A DNA stretch of 62,701 nucleotides, filler included, from Asterionella formosa (lineage: Eukaryota): NCBI GenBank assembly GCA_002256025.1. It is 4 parts of 4 records of this genome, joined end to end, with 100 filler letters (N's around TTAATTAATTAA, not from the genome) between each part and the next. Parts side by side here need not be neighbours in the genome. Positions count along the whole stretch, not along the records: positions 1 to 29,380 come from NKIB01001040.1; 3 more parts are not named here. One strand, given 5' to 3'. Position 1 is the first letter of the stretch. Each line of letters starts with the position of its first letter. Both the position numbers and the translations under genes were made by a program. Under the pieces are notes generated by a model, which was given only the letters and a program-made list of their open reading frames with translations, was not told the DNA's origin and searched no databases. This document shows positions 12,445 to 25,990 of this stretch, in pieces.

Positions 12445-15400
12445 TTAACGCCATTTTTTGGCAGCTGCATACTTACTAAGAACGCTAGATCCAACAATGA
12501 GGCGTCCACTGTTATACTTATCGACCTGAACATCGATGCCATACTCATTCTGTAGTAGCGTCTGGGCCGTTGGCAACAGCACTGACTTGTTATTGTCGCT
12601 TCCTTTGCCCTTACCGACGATAATCACCAAGTCCTGATTGACATCGTGCTGAGGTTTTGCTTCAAACAGTGATTCCATGACACTCCGAATGGCCGACTTG
12701 GCCATGGAACCAGAGTTACGGTGCAGGTCCAAGGCGCGAATACTATTGCCCGGAAAGTCCTTAGTCATTCTCCAAGGATTCAAAATTCTTTTTCTAATTG
12801 CTTCTTCGTATGTATCTTGTGCCATTTCCTTCTGATTTGCCTTGTCGAGTGCAATTATCATGCAGTTTACGGTCACAAAGTTAGGTCGAATTTTACCACC
12901 CTTGTGCATCATACGATGATAAAGCTCGAGGCCTTCAACCCAAGCACCACCCTTTTCGCAAGCACTAATGGCAGCATTGAAACAGTAGAGGTTAAACCGA
13001 GAAAAGCCTAACTTTGAACTCATCATGGCACGAAGGACACCAAGTGCGCGTTGCCATTCACCAGCTGCTTCACAAGCGCTGATCACTGAAGAATACGTTT
13101 GCGGGTCTGCTTGCAATCCATTTTCATTCATGCGTCGTAGTAATGACAACGTGCACTCCCACCACTGGAGACCATTTCCTTCGTATTCAAAGTTATACCG
13201 TGGTTCAAGACCCAAAGCGAGTCGACGTCTCTTTTCATGTTCGGCTTGGTTGCAGGCAATGGCAGCACTTCGGTAGCTTATCTCGTCCGGAACGATTCCA
13301 AATTGGAATTGCATCTCATTAAGTATACGCAGGGCCATGTCTGGTCTACCGTTTCGACCGCAAGCTGAAATCAGGGAGTTCATGGCAGCTGTTGGGATTG
13401 TGGCGTTTTCATCTCCCAAAGCGGAACTATTGACCAAAGTCGCAAATTAGTATCGGATAAATGTAAAAGTAACAAATTCATAGGAATACTTACCGTTCGC
13501 TAGGCGGTGATTGTCCATAAAGATATAAGAGACTGAGGGCTTCCTTCCACTCGTCGGCCTTGGAACATGCAATAATTGCGAAGCCAATACTTCGTGGGTC
13601 AAATTTCGCTGGACCCTTGGCTGTTTCGATAATGTCACTGGTATGGATGATCTGCAGTGCTTCTTTCCATCGCGGAGGAGATGCCATGGAGCACGCTGAG
13701 AGTATTGCACAGAGACAAGGACCATCAGTTTGTCCCGCGATCTTGTCGAAAACCGAAAAGGCATCTTCAAACCTTCGTTGCATTCCATAGCTGATAATCA
13801 TGGCTTCCAGCACCCGGCCTCCCAGGTTTGACCGCATTTCACTGGCGTCCATCCGATCTAACACACGCTCAAGCAATGTTATTTGTTCTAAGCTGCTAAT
13901 CCTAGCATTTCGAATGGCAACCGCAAGTTTCTAATAGAAACGATAGGTGAGATAAGGCAAGATATTCGTTTGCTCGTTGAAATACATACTCTTCAAAGTA
14001 CTCACAGAAAATATTTGTTCAGTTGGATCAATGCCGCTACTTTTCATTTCTTCAAACATTTGAATAGCTTCGATTGCTCGTCCTGCAACTGCTAAGGTTG
14101 AAATTACACCAAGATAAGTAACTGCATTTGGTTCACACTTCACCTCCTTCATCTTGTCGAGGATAGCAAGCGCAATATCACTGTCGCCACATCTCTCAGC
14201 CGTCCAAATGGCAGCCGAATACATGAATACATTTGGTTCGATTCCATCACTTTTAGCAGCCTCAAGAAAGTATAATGCGGTTTCCAAATCGGGTTCTTTT
14301 GCCTTGCGACATGCTGAAATGGCGTGGGTGTAGGTTATGCGACTTGGCGGGGTCGCTCCGTGTCGATTTCGTCTCGACATTCTCATTTCTTTCACAATCC
14401 CTTTGGCTTCTGCTGGGTCCCGACACGCAGCTAAAACTGCATTGTAGCTGATCTCATCAGGCAGTATGGGAACTCTTTTATTTTGGCTGTCCAGTGTCGT
14501 GTAGTGTCCGGATTTGAGTTTCCCTAAGAGATCCTTCGCACCACTAGAATTTTCGACCTTGGCGCATGCGAACAAAACTGTATTTATAGAAATGATATCA
14601 AGAGGAACCGCTGGTACTATTAAGACTCTCTTGTTCCCTCCTGCCAGTGGAAGCACAATCGGATTTCCTTGCTCCATCCCATCCAACATCTCCAATGCCA
14701 ATTCATGCTGACCAGCCTTTGCCAAAGCCGTCAGCAATGCACTGAGATGCCATGTGGTTGGAGTGATGCCCATGTCCTGCATATCATTTAATATTTTTGT
14801 TGCTTCCTTGTAGTTTCCAGCCTGGGCACAAGCATTCAATGCAGCTCCCCATACTTTCGCGTTCGGAATCATTGTCAACTTCATTTCTTGCAATAATGAT
14901 AATGCTACTCTAAGTTGTCCAGCCCTTGCACAAGAATGCAATAGAGAAGCAAATGTATGCTGGTTTGGTTGTATCCCTCGGGTCTTCATCTGAAAGAATA
15001 GTTTCAATGCAATATTCCACTCCTGGCGCTCCCCACGACTGCATGCATGTATGGCTGCATTGTAAACTTCAACTCCTATTGCTACTTGAGGATAGCTGTT
15101 TTGTACTCTTTCTAGCAGCTTCATGGATGCTTGAGCGCCATCCACGGAGTTGAACAATGCAGTGAACGTGTATGTTGTTGGCTCAACACTGATGTGATTC
15201 ATTTCGTCCAAAAGCTCCATTGCTTGCTGACGTCTCCTTTCCGATTGCGCCAATACTGATATTGCGGAAGTGTAAACAAAGACTGATCGATCCGACATGT
15301 TCCTGAGAAATATCAGCATGGCATCGTAGGCTTTTCTATTTGCTAGTTCCTTGATAAATTCAGGACCTTCCCTTGGATCTAGCCCGAGATTCAGATTTCG

Positions 15401-15733
15401 TTCCACCAGAAATGTCATCCAATTCATAATTTCGAATGGCGTTCTGGTTTCTCGGAGTATTCTGCATGCTTTTTGAAATGCTTTTGTCCGCACTCGAGGG
15501 TTTGGGTTTGTCCGCGACGGCGGCATCGAGTCATATTTCCTTGGTCTTGTCGTTTGGTTGTCTTTGTAGCCTGGAGGAATCGTCCTCAGCGGTCTATCCT
15601 CATCTCGGAACCAGGCGGCCGCATATTTCCTGGTACTTTTCAGTCGAAGGCTTGACCCAGCGCGGCGCTGTGTGTATGCTTGATTTTCCGAGCAGAAGAT
15701 GGCGATGAACCAAATTGCTTGTAGTCGTCCCAT
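12445..15733 (-). CDS. Pentatricopeptide-repeat protein with C-terminal SMR domain, 3 exons (introns 13931-14005, 13427-13493)
   Basis: Many 35-aa PPR motifs (YNAAIHACSR, YSSVISACEAAGEW); C-terminal LDLH...LVIIVGKGKGS SMR signature; hydrophobic signal-like N-terminus. Confidence 0.9.
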
Positions 15734-16453
15734 TTCTACAAAGCCTTGAGTGAATGAATCCTTAGTACCAGGGTACCTGGTACGCAAATGAGGGATGTTG
15801 AGCAGGGAACTACCGGTATCCTGTATATCATGGCCCACAGACAGCTACTATATAGAATAGCGGTAGTCTAGTCCAGTCGTATAGAGAGCATGTTGAAGTC
15901 GTCGATCACAATTGATGCGAGAAACAGTGACACATTATACTGGTGTATAGCATGCATTATGTATGACAAAAACCAGAGCATGCAGGGTAAGTATGATATC
16001 ATACGATGGATAAGGGCGAATGATGGCTCACCAACAGATACCGGTACCTGGTAGTTATTCCTAAAACGGCTGTAGGGCTAGGGATATTGCAATCTCTCTG
16101 TCATGTTTTTCGTACGTACAAATTTTGGCTCTTAAGAGATACGTCCATCATTCGCCCTAATCTTTTCTAGATAAATCTAAATAGAAGATCTTGGGTATAG
16201 TGTACAGGCGTTGTACTGAGGAGAAGAGAGTGACGTCTAGCTCCAACATATGATCCCGTTCATTTACCGGTATGTCGTTGCTTGCTTCGTATTTTGGAGT
16301 CTCTCGAGAAAATAATTTCGAACGTATGATTACCGACATCTCATGTCATAAATGCTGTCACGTACTATTCGATCAATCAACTCCATCAACCCTGTCGACC
16401 GCTTGCATTGTTCCTAGCCATCCTCAGCAATCATGACCCAAGGTATCTCCAAG

Positions 16454-18030
16454 ATGGCTACCCTTGGTTCGCTCTTTGCCACTGCTGTCACTTCGGCGGC
16501 GGCATTTGCCCCATCAGCTTTCGCTCCTCAACGAGCAATGTCATCTTTGAATGTTGCTGTAGACCCAACAACGGTTACGAAGAAGGAGTATCAAGACATT
16601 TGTGGGCTCGAATTCACGGAGACCGACATGGCGGCGCGCCTTCAGCGAACGAGCTACTTGTATCCCAAGCATGTAGAAGTCATCGAAGATATTGCTCCTG
16701 TTGCGGATGAGATGGTGCAAGATATTGTAAGTACCGATCGTTGATCGCTTCATTCAACCTAGGTTTTGCAGCGAACAAACTCGCTTTATTCTAAAGTGCT
16801 GCTGCTACTTGGGCGGAACTGCAATCATGCAAATTCTCGAAATTAAGCGATCTTTCCAGACATGGTCTGACTTGCTTGGATTTCTGCTCCGGATTAAAAA
16901 CGGTTTATTTATTTAGCTGTCTATCAGTCGAAGTGCGTGATGACGCCAAACAGAACTGAGAAACTTTGTCGACAAAGCGGGTTTCACATCGACATCGCTC
17001 TCGCTTCTGTGACGCTCACAATTTAAAACGTCTTTTGTTGCAACAATTATTTTTTCATTCACTCACCTTTCCGTTTGTTCTTCATCATGCATAGCTGTTG
17101 GAATGCGGAGAAAACGCATGGCAACCCCAGGACTTCCTTCCTGACCTTACCGGCGACGACTGGCAAGAAGCCATCAAAGAGGTTCGCGACCAAGCTGCTA
17201 CGATCCCAGATGATGTCCTCGTTGTGTTGATTGGAGATATGGTCACCGAAGAAGCCCTTCCCACCTACCAGACTCTTCTGAATACCTTTGAGGGATGCGA
17301 CGATCCTACGGGAACTACTGACTCTCCATGGGCTCGTTGGTCCCGTGGATGGACCTCCGAAGAGAATCGTCACGGTGACCTTCTTAACAAGTACTTGTAC
17401 CTCGGAGGCAGATGCGATATGAGAAGCGTCGAGGTAACTATTCAGCACCTGATTACTAGCGGTTTCAATCCTGGTGCACAAAAAGACCCTTACAGAGGCT
17501 TCGTATACACTTCGTTCCAAGAGCGTGCAACCAAGATCTCACACGGAAATGTGGGAAAGTTGGCTCGTGGATATGGTGACAAGAACCTCGGAAAGATCTG
17601 CGCCCAAATCGCTGGTGATGAAGGCCGTCACGAGAAGGCATACCAGAGATTTGTCACTGAAATTTTGCAGCGGGACCCTGATGGTCTTCTTGCTGTCTTT
17701 GGGAGCATGATGCGAGGCCAGATTGTCATGCCGGCTGAACTCATGTCCGACGGCAAGGATGCGGACCTCTACAAAAACTTTTCTGATGTTGCTCAACGAC
17801 TTGGAGTCTACACTGCACTTGACTACGCTGAGATTATGGATCATTTAGTGAAAATTTGGGATTTGGAACACTTGGAAGGTCTCAGTTCCGAAGGAGAGAA
17901 AGAGCGAGAATACTTGTGCAAGCTCCCTGGTCGATACCTTAAGATGGCTGAGCGATCCATGAACAAAATGTCCAAGCAAGAAGCCGCTCCTCTCAAGTCC
18001 TTCAACTGGATCTACGGACGCGAAGCTTGA
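16454..18030 (+). CDS. Plastid soluble acyl-ACP (palmitoyl/stearoyl-ACP) delta-9 desaturase, 2 exons (intron 16727-17094)
   Basis: AAAF-AP presequence; WQPQDFLPD, GDMVTEEALPTY, WTSEENRHG, FQERAT.ISH and DEGRHE di-iron motifs. Confidence 0.95.
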
Positions 18031-18129
18031 AGATCATACAATTCATTCATTTCGATTTAGCGCAAGCTGATTCTCGTCAGTTATTTTATTTAGATAGATA
18101 CTATGGTTTTAATAATCGCACTCACATCA

Positions 18130-19185
18130 CTACAGATCGCTGACGATACCAGTGCCCAGAAGATTTTCTACTTTGCCTCCAGTGTAGGATTTTCCGAGAC
18201 CAATAAGTTTGTTGTATGCCTCCGGAAGATCTCGTGAGAATAAAACCTTCTTGGTTGCGTATTTTCTGGCCCAGTCTGCAACAGCCTCATCCTCGAACAC
18301 AGAGCTGAACGGTCCCTTCTTGTGGTCCAAATCAGTTACAACGTCCTGGAAGATAGAGTCGTCAAGCATTCCTAGTCTCCTTCCATATATTTCGCCAGGA
18401 GCACCAAAACTGGTCGGAACGTAAGCTTCCACATCCCCCATTTCGTTCTCTTCAAACACTTCTGCAGGTACTGGTATCAGTCCTGATACCACCTTATTTA
18501 TGGCGCCTACGGCTCCAAACAATAACGCAACTTCTCGTGGTGACAAGCCAGCTGAAGCAAATGCATCAACAACTTGACTTGAGCTGTCGAAACTGGGATA
18601 GGACTTGGCAAGATGATATGCTTTGGGGTCAAGTTTTCCTAGTTGAACCACAACTCGAGGCCCACCAGTACTTTCAATAGCTTCTGCCCCAGCAAATGTT
18701 ACGAGATCAGCCATTGAAATCTCAGTAGTTTTCTTCAACTTGGCTTTGAGGTCTAGAAGAACTGCAGCGGCAGATTGAAGGGATACCAATTCCGCAGGGG
18801 CATCATTGCTCAATATGGCAGCAACAACGCTTCCATCGGGCCCTCCCACTCGTGTATCGGAATTATAAGTTAATCCATCTTGAATGACGATCTGAAGAAA
18901 TTGAGACGCCAGCGCTGGTTGGGCGACAATAGCATCACGGACATTCTGCCTGATTTTGTTGACAAAGGCAATCTTCAATTCTTTGTCGCCATAACGATCT
19001 GGATCAAAAAATACTGATGCCGACGTAGTAGATGGCGCAATAGTCGCAGCACTTACCAAAACGGAGACCGTGGAAAGCCAATGTCTGCGTGTTATTGCTT
19101 GCACCGGCTGTTGCCTTCGAGGTGCCGTCAACGCCGTTGCTCCTGATGCAGCCAAAGCAACAAGAGCGAACGTGATCATTTTCAT
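18130..19185 (-). CDS. Thylakoid-lumen ascorbate-peroxidase-like protein (TL29/APX4-like)
   Basis: Signal peptide, then twin-Arg TRR, hydrophobic stretch and ASA cleavage site; peroxidase-fold motifs GGPDGS, ISMADLV..AGAEAIE..GGP; haem His residues absent. Confidence 0.8.
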   Translation of the reverse strand: MKMITFALVALAASGATALTAPRRQQPVQAITRRHWLSTVSVLVSAATIAPSTTSASVFFDPDRYGDKELKIAFVNKIRQNVRDAIVAQPALASQFLQIVIQDGLTYNSDTRVGGPDGSVVAAILSNDAPAELVSLQSAAAVLLDLKAKLKKTTEISMADLVTFAGAEAIESTGGPRVVVQLGKLDPKAYHLAKSYPSFDSSSQVVDAFASAGLSPREVALLFGAVGAINKVVSGLIPVPAEVFEENEMGDVEAYVPTSFGAPGEIYGRRLGMLDDSIFQDVVTDLDHKKGPFSSVFEDEAVADWARKYATKKVLFSRDLPEAYNKLIGLGKSYTGGKVENLLGTGIVSDL

Positions 19186-20111
19186 CGTGATTCCTCGTAC
19201 AGACGCGATTCAATATATATATACGGAATGTGGTATACTATAAGTACAAGCGGAACCATCAATGATGGGATGGGTATCATTCACAAATGTGAAAGGTGAA
19301 CCTACAGAAAAAGATGTTGCACTTGCAAATATTTGGCAAACAAAATCGGCATATTGAAGGTGGACATGCTATGATGATTATGATTTGATGATATTATTTC
19401 GATGTATAATCAAAAAGTATGATACTTGTTGTCGTAAATTAAATAGTAACCGTTTCGACTATGCATATTCAATTATTTTATGTATTGTTTCTATTATGTG
19501 CAAGTATTTAAGTTTCATTGTAGGATGACGTACCGGCCAAAGTTGTGCTTTTATTTTTTCATCATTATCAGTTGCTCTGTTTGTAACACAAAAACAGCCG
19601 AGACGAAATCAATGATAGTCTATGTAATAACAGACAGATTTCTAACATAAAGAATATTTAAGTATAAATATGATATTGATACATGCATTTATGTAATGTT
19701 CACCATCATAATACAACAAAATCAGCAACCGCTCAATCAATTGACACTAAATTCAAGTTTGTAATCGAAGTCCAAGGCACATCGATGCACCTGAGTCTTC
19801 ATCTTCTTTAAAACGTCTTCGAGGGCCGCTGGACCATGTTGCTTGATAGCACTGGCTGCTGCTGTAGTGCTGATTTAATATCATGTGTATAAAACATAAA
19901 TTGTTGTACTCAGAACCCCAAAATTTGTGTTTCGAGGTGTGAACCGGGGTTACCAAAGTCGGTCAACACAAACACACATTTTTCGCAGGTGGAAATAATA
20001 GTGCAATATATAAAATATGTCAATTCATGTATGAATACATAAAATTTCCCTGAATATTTCAAGACTTGCTTGATCACAGTACCCAAAACGGCCTGCTATT
20101 ACCAAAAAATA

Positions 20112-20767
20112 CTGTATAATTCAGAGTCCTGTCCTCCCCTGAGGTTGCGGGGGGGGGGGCCCGGCGCGGGGGGGGGTGGGTTGGCACCAAACACCCAATA
20201 ATTTTCTAGAAATAGACAAAGTAACGTACTGCAATTCTGTTTTTACTCGTAGGCACTGGTATATAACTATTTAGCTACAATTTTGCGATTACTTTTGTAC
20301 AATATAAAACACTAGAGTGCGAAGGTAGTGGTTGTGAGCAGCTGGAGACTCCTGCATCATGTTGTCGCAACCTTGACCATGACGAAAATACGAATTATCT
20401 CCGCTGAAATTGAGAACAACACTTTGCTGCTTGCTACGTACATTAAGCACGGCATAGAAAATACAATGTTGAAAGAAGTAAAGTAATAACACTAATAATG
20501 ACAACGAAAATTGGGATTGCCAATAGCAACATGAAGTCGCGTTTTTCTTGCGAGGTGAAGAACTCTCTCATTGTTCACCGGACGGAAATAGTTGTCGTAT
20601 TTTTGTATATTAGTAGAAAATGCGCTCCATCCTGTAGAGCCGATAAAATGTAGATAGGCCCATTATAAGGGAAGTCTCTTCATTTTCCTCCCCCCTTAAG
20701 TAAAATCAGTCAAATTCAGTCACGGCATTGTTCATTGGGGGGGGGGGCAGGACACTGAATCATACGA
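20112..20767. mobile_element. Non-autonomous Tc1/pogo-type MITE
   Basis: Imperfect TIRs CTGTATAATTCAGAGTCCTGTCCTCCCC / GGGG...GCAGGACACTGAATCATACGA with TA on both flanks. Confidence 0.55.
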
Positions 20768-22130
20768 TATGCATATACCGGTACATGACCACTGGTACAT
20801 AACCTCATTAATCAACCTAAAGGTAGTATCTACATGTCCACCAATCATCGTCCATTTATATTGTTATCCTGTCTTGCTCATCCTCTTCTGGTCAAAGGAA
20901 AAGGGAGGCCAGAGATGGCATCCCTTCCTCTCTCCAAGGCTGCTCGAATGACAACGATGACATAAGACTGAGCAATTGATCATAATGTAACTTTGGTCAG
21001 TTGGGGGGAGCAAAAACCTAATTTCCAATTAAAATGCAGGAAATTAACACAAAAGCCATGCTGACAAATTCATGGATCATCAACAAATTATCGATATAAC
21101 AGGTGCCCTAGCTAAGGGAACTGAAAGACAATTGTGATAAAACATCTGAAATCATAACTTGTTTTATCAAATATTTTCTCAAAAAATATTATTTTTATCA
21201 GCCCAAAAAATGTATCTGATGGACCGGTATGTATATTGAAAGAATAATTCGCAACCCTGTTACCAGGTTCCCTCATCACTACCAGGTGCCAGTTACCTGG
21301 TACCATGCTTCGTTAAAATTTGTACATTCGAGTACCGTTACTGTTTAGAAATTGAAATATATACATGAATGATTATTAATTAATATGCAATCACAGACCA
21401 ACAAGAACACGTGTGCGTCATTTGCAAAATGTTCTGATATCATAAAACAAGAACTATGGAAAAGAAAGGTAAGCACTCGCAGCCATGCGTCCAAAAAGGG
21501 AAGGCCATTAATAACCGCAATCTAACGGGCAATTTGCATGATGCAAGGAACCAGGGAAACTTGGTGAATCAAATCGGAATTGTCCATCACATGATATATA
21601 AATATACCCGGTATGGGTTGCTGGTACCAGGTGGTACTCCGACCAGTACATACCGATGATAATGATTACCATGGTACCTGATACCATCAACCCCTTTCTC
21701 GCTCACGACTCAAGACATTACATGATAGAGGTACCAGTTTATGTATGTGAAAACGTACCAGATATCAAGTACCATCAAGACTGATTACCTATGCAATTAT
21801 TTGATGCTGTCATCGTTTATGAGAACCCAACGAAGCATGTTCGACTTACGTCACTCAGTCTGCTTAAAGGAGATGAGAACGCTAAATCAGGTAGATTATG
21901 TAGAGGAATACTAGTTTGATGAAGTGTCGACATCTATTGGCATGGACATGGCAGCCAGAAGAAGAAGCAAAAGTGATTGGACCATTCAACCCCGCCGTCA
22001 TCGCTATCATGCCTCCTTGGTACATGCATAGAAAGGAGCGTCTCGTGCAAAATGCGAATGCACATTAATTTTCCGAATTGCGATTTCCGTGGATAGGCAA
22101 AACGATTTCAATGCCAGCCTTACTTAAATC

Positions 22131-24124
22131 ATGACCAATGGAGATCGCGTACACAAGATTAGCCTTAGCTCAGATTCGAGTGAAGATGAGGGAGATAAAG
22201 ATCACACAGATCAGGGTCCACCAGCACCTGAAGCCGTTGGCGCTCCTGTCGTTGCACCGATGCCATTTGTGATTCATCCTCTTCTCCCAACGAACACGAT
22301 ATTTCTGAATCCATTTTGGACCTTTCATGTAGCTGACCACTATATGGTACCATTACTGGGTCAGCAGTCTCCAATAGCTTCAACAACTGGGCCGCATTTG
22401 CCTGGATTATTGACTACATCTGAATCCATTGAATACCAAGATCATGCAGGTGACGAGCAGCAGTGTAATATCAGCAACACGGATGAACCCTTCCCAGTTA
22501 AGCTTCATCAAATGATGAGCGATTCTTCCTGCTCTGAAATCATTTCGTGGATGCCTCATGGTCGTTCGTGGAAGATTCGTGATACTGTACTCCTTGAAAC
22601 AGCGGTACTTCCAAAGTATTTCAAGCACACTCGCTTCGCCAGTTTCATGAGACAAGTCAATGGCTGGGGTTTTCGACGATTTCCTTTAGGAAGCCTTGAT
22701 CACCGTTCCTATTATCATGAGGTGAGTTTTCTACGCATCCTCCGTTTGCGTTCTTTTATTATTTCGTTATTAAGAATAGCGTGTTTTAAGGGGGTCCAAA
22801 TGCAACAAGTCACGAACGAGTGATACTCTTAAGCATTCCGTTGCGGTACTTCACTGCTGTGTGACGGATAACTTACCTTTCTCCTTCATCTTCATGTTTT
22901 CAGCTGTTCTTGCGAGGCCGTCCACACCTCTGTCATGACATGAAGCGATCACGTGGAAAGCTGAAACCAATTCTCAACATAGATCATCCTGATTTCTACA
23001 GCTTATCCCTGTTTCTCCCGTTACCAGAGGTCTCGCCGGCTGCGTTAGCACCATTGACTATCGCCGACAGCTTTAGTGAGAAGGACCTTTCGATGAAACC
23101 CACAAGCCTTCGTGCACATACGCGTTGTTTGCTGTCCTCCGACAAGAAGCGCACATCTCGAAAGCGACGTCAGAAATTCCAAAGCAACAGGCCGATATCT
23201 CATGTCAATGAAGACAATGATCCGGAAGGTACAATTGAAATACCCACGCAACAGTGGAGTTCCTCAATACTGGATACCAATCCCAAAACTTCTTCGCTAC
23301 ACGTCAGTATTAATACGCTTCAAAACTTCGCCAACAGCGAAAGCGTAGCAAGTAATTCAAGTGACTTTCGTGAAAGTGGGACCTCCATGGACTTTGGAAA
23401 TAAGGACTCTTCATTTGATACTTTGTGGCGTGGGAGCACAATAACTTCAAAAGATCCACCTTCAAACAATTCCATGTGCAACCAAGACAAGGATGAGATT
23501 TCCTTCCCCCAAATACCGATTCCTTCACCTGGTATTTTGTCGGTTGCTTGTGAGTCAGGTAACCCATACGAAGGTTTGGCACAACTTGCACCTTTCTTTG
23601 CTGCACATGACCTTCTGGAACCAGTATCCGCTGCACAACCATTTCCTGGGCCTGGTATACCCTTGAGCCATATACCTCAAGCATTTTTTTCTTTTTCTCA
23701 ACCTCAACCACGGGTCCTTCCTGCAATAGTACCGACATCCCAGTCCTCTGGAATGGCACAGATGATGCCAATGCATCAGGGAGTTGTCAGGAATCCCATG
23801 CAATTTCCAACACCTCCACCATTCTTACCCCTGTCTGCACCAACATGGATGCAGCAGCAACCACTGTCACAAGCACAGGAACAATCGATTTCTACCAATC
23901 TGCTATATCCTCATCTGAATTCCCCACGAAATTACTTGTCCACATCTTGGCCAGGTGTTCAACAGCAGTTCCTAGCAGGACAAACGCAAAGGCCCACCTT
24001 AAACCCTGATGCATTGCATTTCGATCAGCCAGAAATGGATTTCTCAGAATGGAAGCATGAAGAATCGAACAGTGATGAGACCACAGAATCTAGTGAAGGT
24101 AACAATGGCAGATTCATTAACTAG
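22131..24124 (+). CDS. Heat shock transcription factor family protein, 2 exons (intron 22722-22903)
   Basis: HSF DNA-binding domain PFPVKLHQM...IISWMPHGRSW...YFKHTRFASFMRQVNGWGF...YYHE|LFLRGRPHL; P/Q/S-rich tail. Confidence 0.93.
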
Positions 24125-24322
24125 GTTCAGGGGTTTACACCCAAGAATATGAAATTATTATTATTTGCTATCCAGTGTTATTTGCTATCCAGTGTTGATG
24201 GTGCGTCATGTAATAGTATTCATTTTTTGCTTCGCCTAAAATTATGGACAAATGTGATAGTTTGAAGTGACAGCACCAGGGCAATCTTTGTATAAATAAG
24301 TATACTACCATGGTATCATTAA

Positions 24323-25669
24323 CTTCATTTATTTAGAGCCTTCAGACTACAATAGGTGATTAGGGGAGCCTGCATGGCGCTTCCTGGCAGGTCCAACATG
24401 GGCATCGAAATAACTGCGCCCTCCAAGTATCAACAAATGTGGTGACTTCTGGTGCTCGCATATGGGGAATTTTCTGGTGAGGTACACTCTCTCAAATGAG
24501 AGTAGGGATCAAAATGGTGCCAAATGTGCTGAATTTAATTCTTTCACCTCATCAGGTATTAGGGAGGAAATTCAATACCTTTGGTTGTTCTTGTTGTGGC
24601 TGTTTGGACCACATGTTTGGCGAGATGCCACTTGCTCGTCAAGGACACTGTGATAAAAATTGTCGCGGAATTGTTGCCCAATCTATTTCATTTTCTTCCA
24701 TTTTCCTTGTAATTTTTACAGAGACTTGGACCTTGAGTGTCAATTGTACCATTCATTGACGCCTCTTTTCTGATGATTCTCAACAGGGAAGCCGGAAAAC
24801 TTTGTAGCTTGACTATACCAGTGCAGTGGCAGATTCCTTGTTGGTCTGTATTTGTTCTAGATTAGTTCCTATTATTTTCACCTTGATACTTAGCGAAAAA
24901 AAAGAACATCCATTCTTACTAACAATGTACACTACCTGGTACTACCATGACATAGAACTGATCTCAATTATAATGCAGATGTACTATGTACAGCGTATGC
25001 AGTGAGCTACCTACAAGCACATGAAAGAATCAACAGAAACAACAAGAAACTCAAGGAGCTTGACGAAAATCAATGGAATGCAACAACATGCATCATTCAA
25101 TTGATGAGCGCATTTGTCGATGTACTGGCATCAGAAGTGAGGCTCCATTGGCGCTTTGAGCTACACAATAATTACAGAGTATGCAATGAGCTAGTACAAA
25201 CACATGAAAGAATCAACAGAAACAACAAGAATTCAAGAAAAGTCATGATGATCATGTCACCACATTTCACTTTGATCCAATCAGTTGATATGAGCTAAAG
25301 CTGCACAATATTATCAGAGTCTGCCATAAATACCACAAAGGCAAGGCAAACACATGGGAGGCAAATATATGCCTCATTAAAAGATCAAACCAAGCTATCT
25401 GCCTTCTCCTCAGTCATCAAGATGTGGGGACAGATTAACTCACCAGTGCCAGAATATGAAATTTACACCACACATACTTCCCCCTACTCTCATTCGAGAG
25501 AGTGTATCCACCCTTTCCCCGCCTTGCAGTGCCCAAAAGTCGGCACATTTGTTGGGTTGATACTGGGTAGGTTAAGATTTTTATACAACCTAGGCTGTCA
25601 ATGCCAGGAAGCGCCATGCAGGCTACCCTACTAACACTTGAGTAGTCTTAAGGCGCTTAATCAATGAAG
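24323..25669. mobile_element. Non-autonomous DNA transposon, piggyBac-like
   Basis: About 220-bp imperfect terminal inverted repeats with TTAA directly outside both ends (24319-24322, 25670-25673); internal ~185-bp direct repeat. Confidence 0.65.
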
Positions 25670-25965
25670 TTAACTATGATAGTACATTTGGTACTGCACA
25701 ACCAAATATTTTACATATACAGAAAAGAAAAGGAATTTTATTTCTATGATAAGGTAGGTCTATGTATTTACCGGAATGGGAGGAATTATGCTCAGGGTAC
25801 CAGGTACCTGGTACGGAGTACGAGGTACCCGATGTAGCTCTTGTTGGCACTAGCATGAGAACAACCCTTTCCATTTTGGTTTTTTCGTCATTGTCAAGGC
25901 AAAGACGCATGAAATTATGCAGGATTCTCCAGCTGCTCACAACCCCTACTGTACACTCTAGTGGT

Positions 25966-25990
25966 CCCTAACCCTAACCCTAACCACTAA
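25966..25990 (+). repeat. Interstitial telomeric repeat (CCCTAA)3+
   Basis: CCCTAACCCTAACCCTAACCACTAA. Confidence 0.85.

Noticed and set aside
20148..20180. G-quadruplex-like G runs
   Set aside because: Part of the MITE subterminus; homopolymer lengths unreliable and no functional evidence
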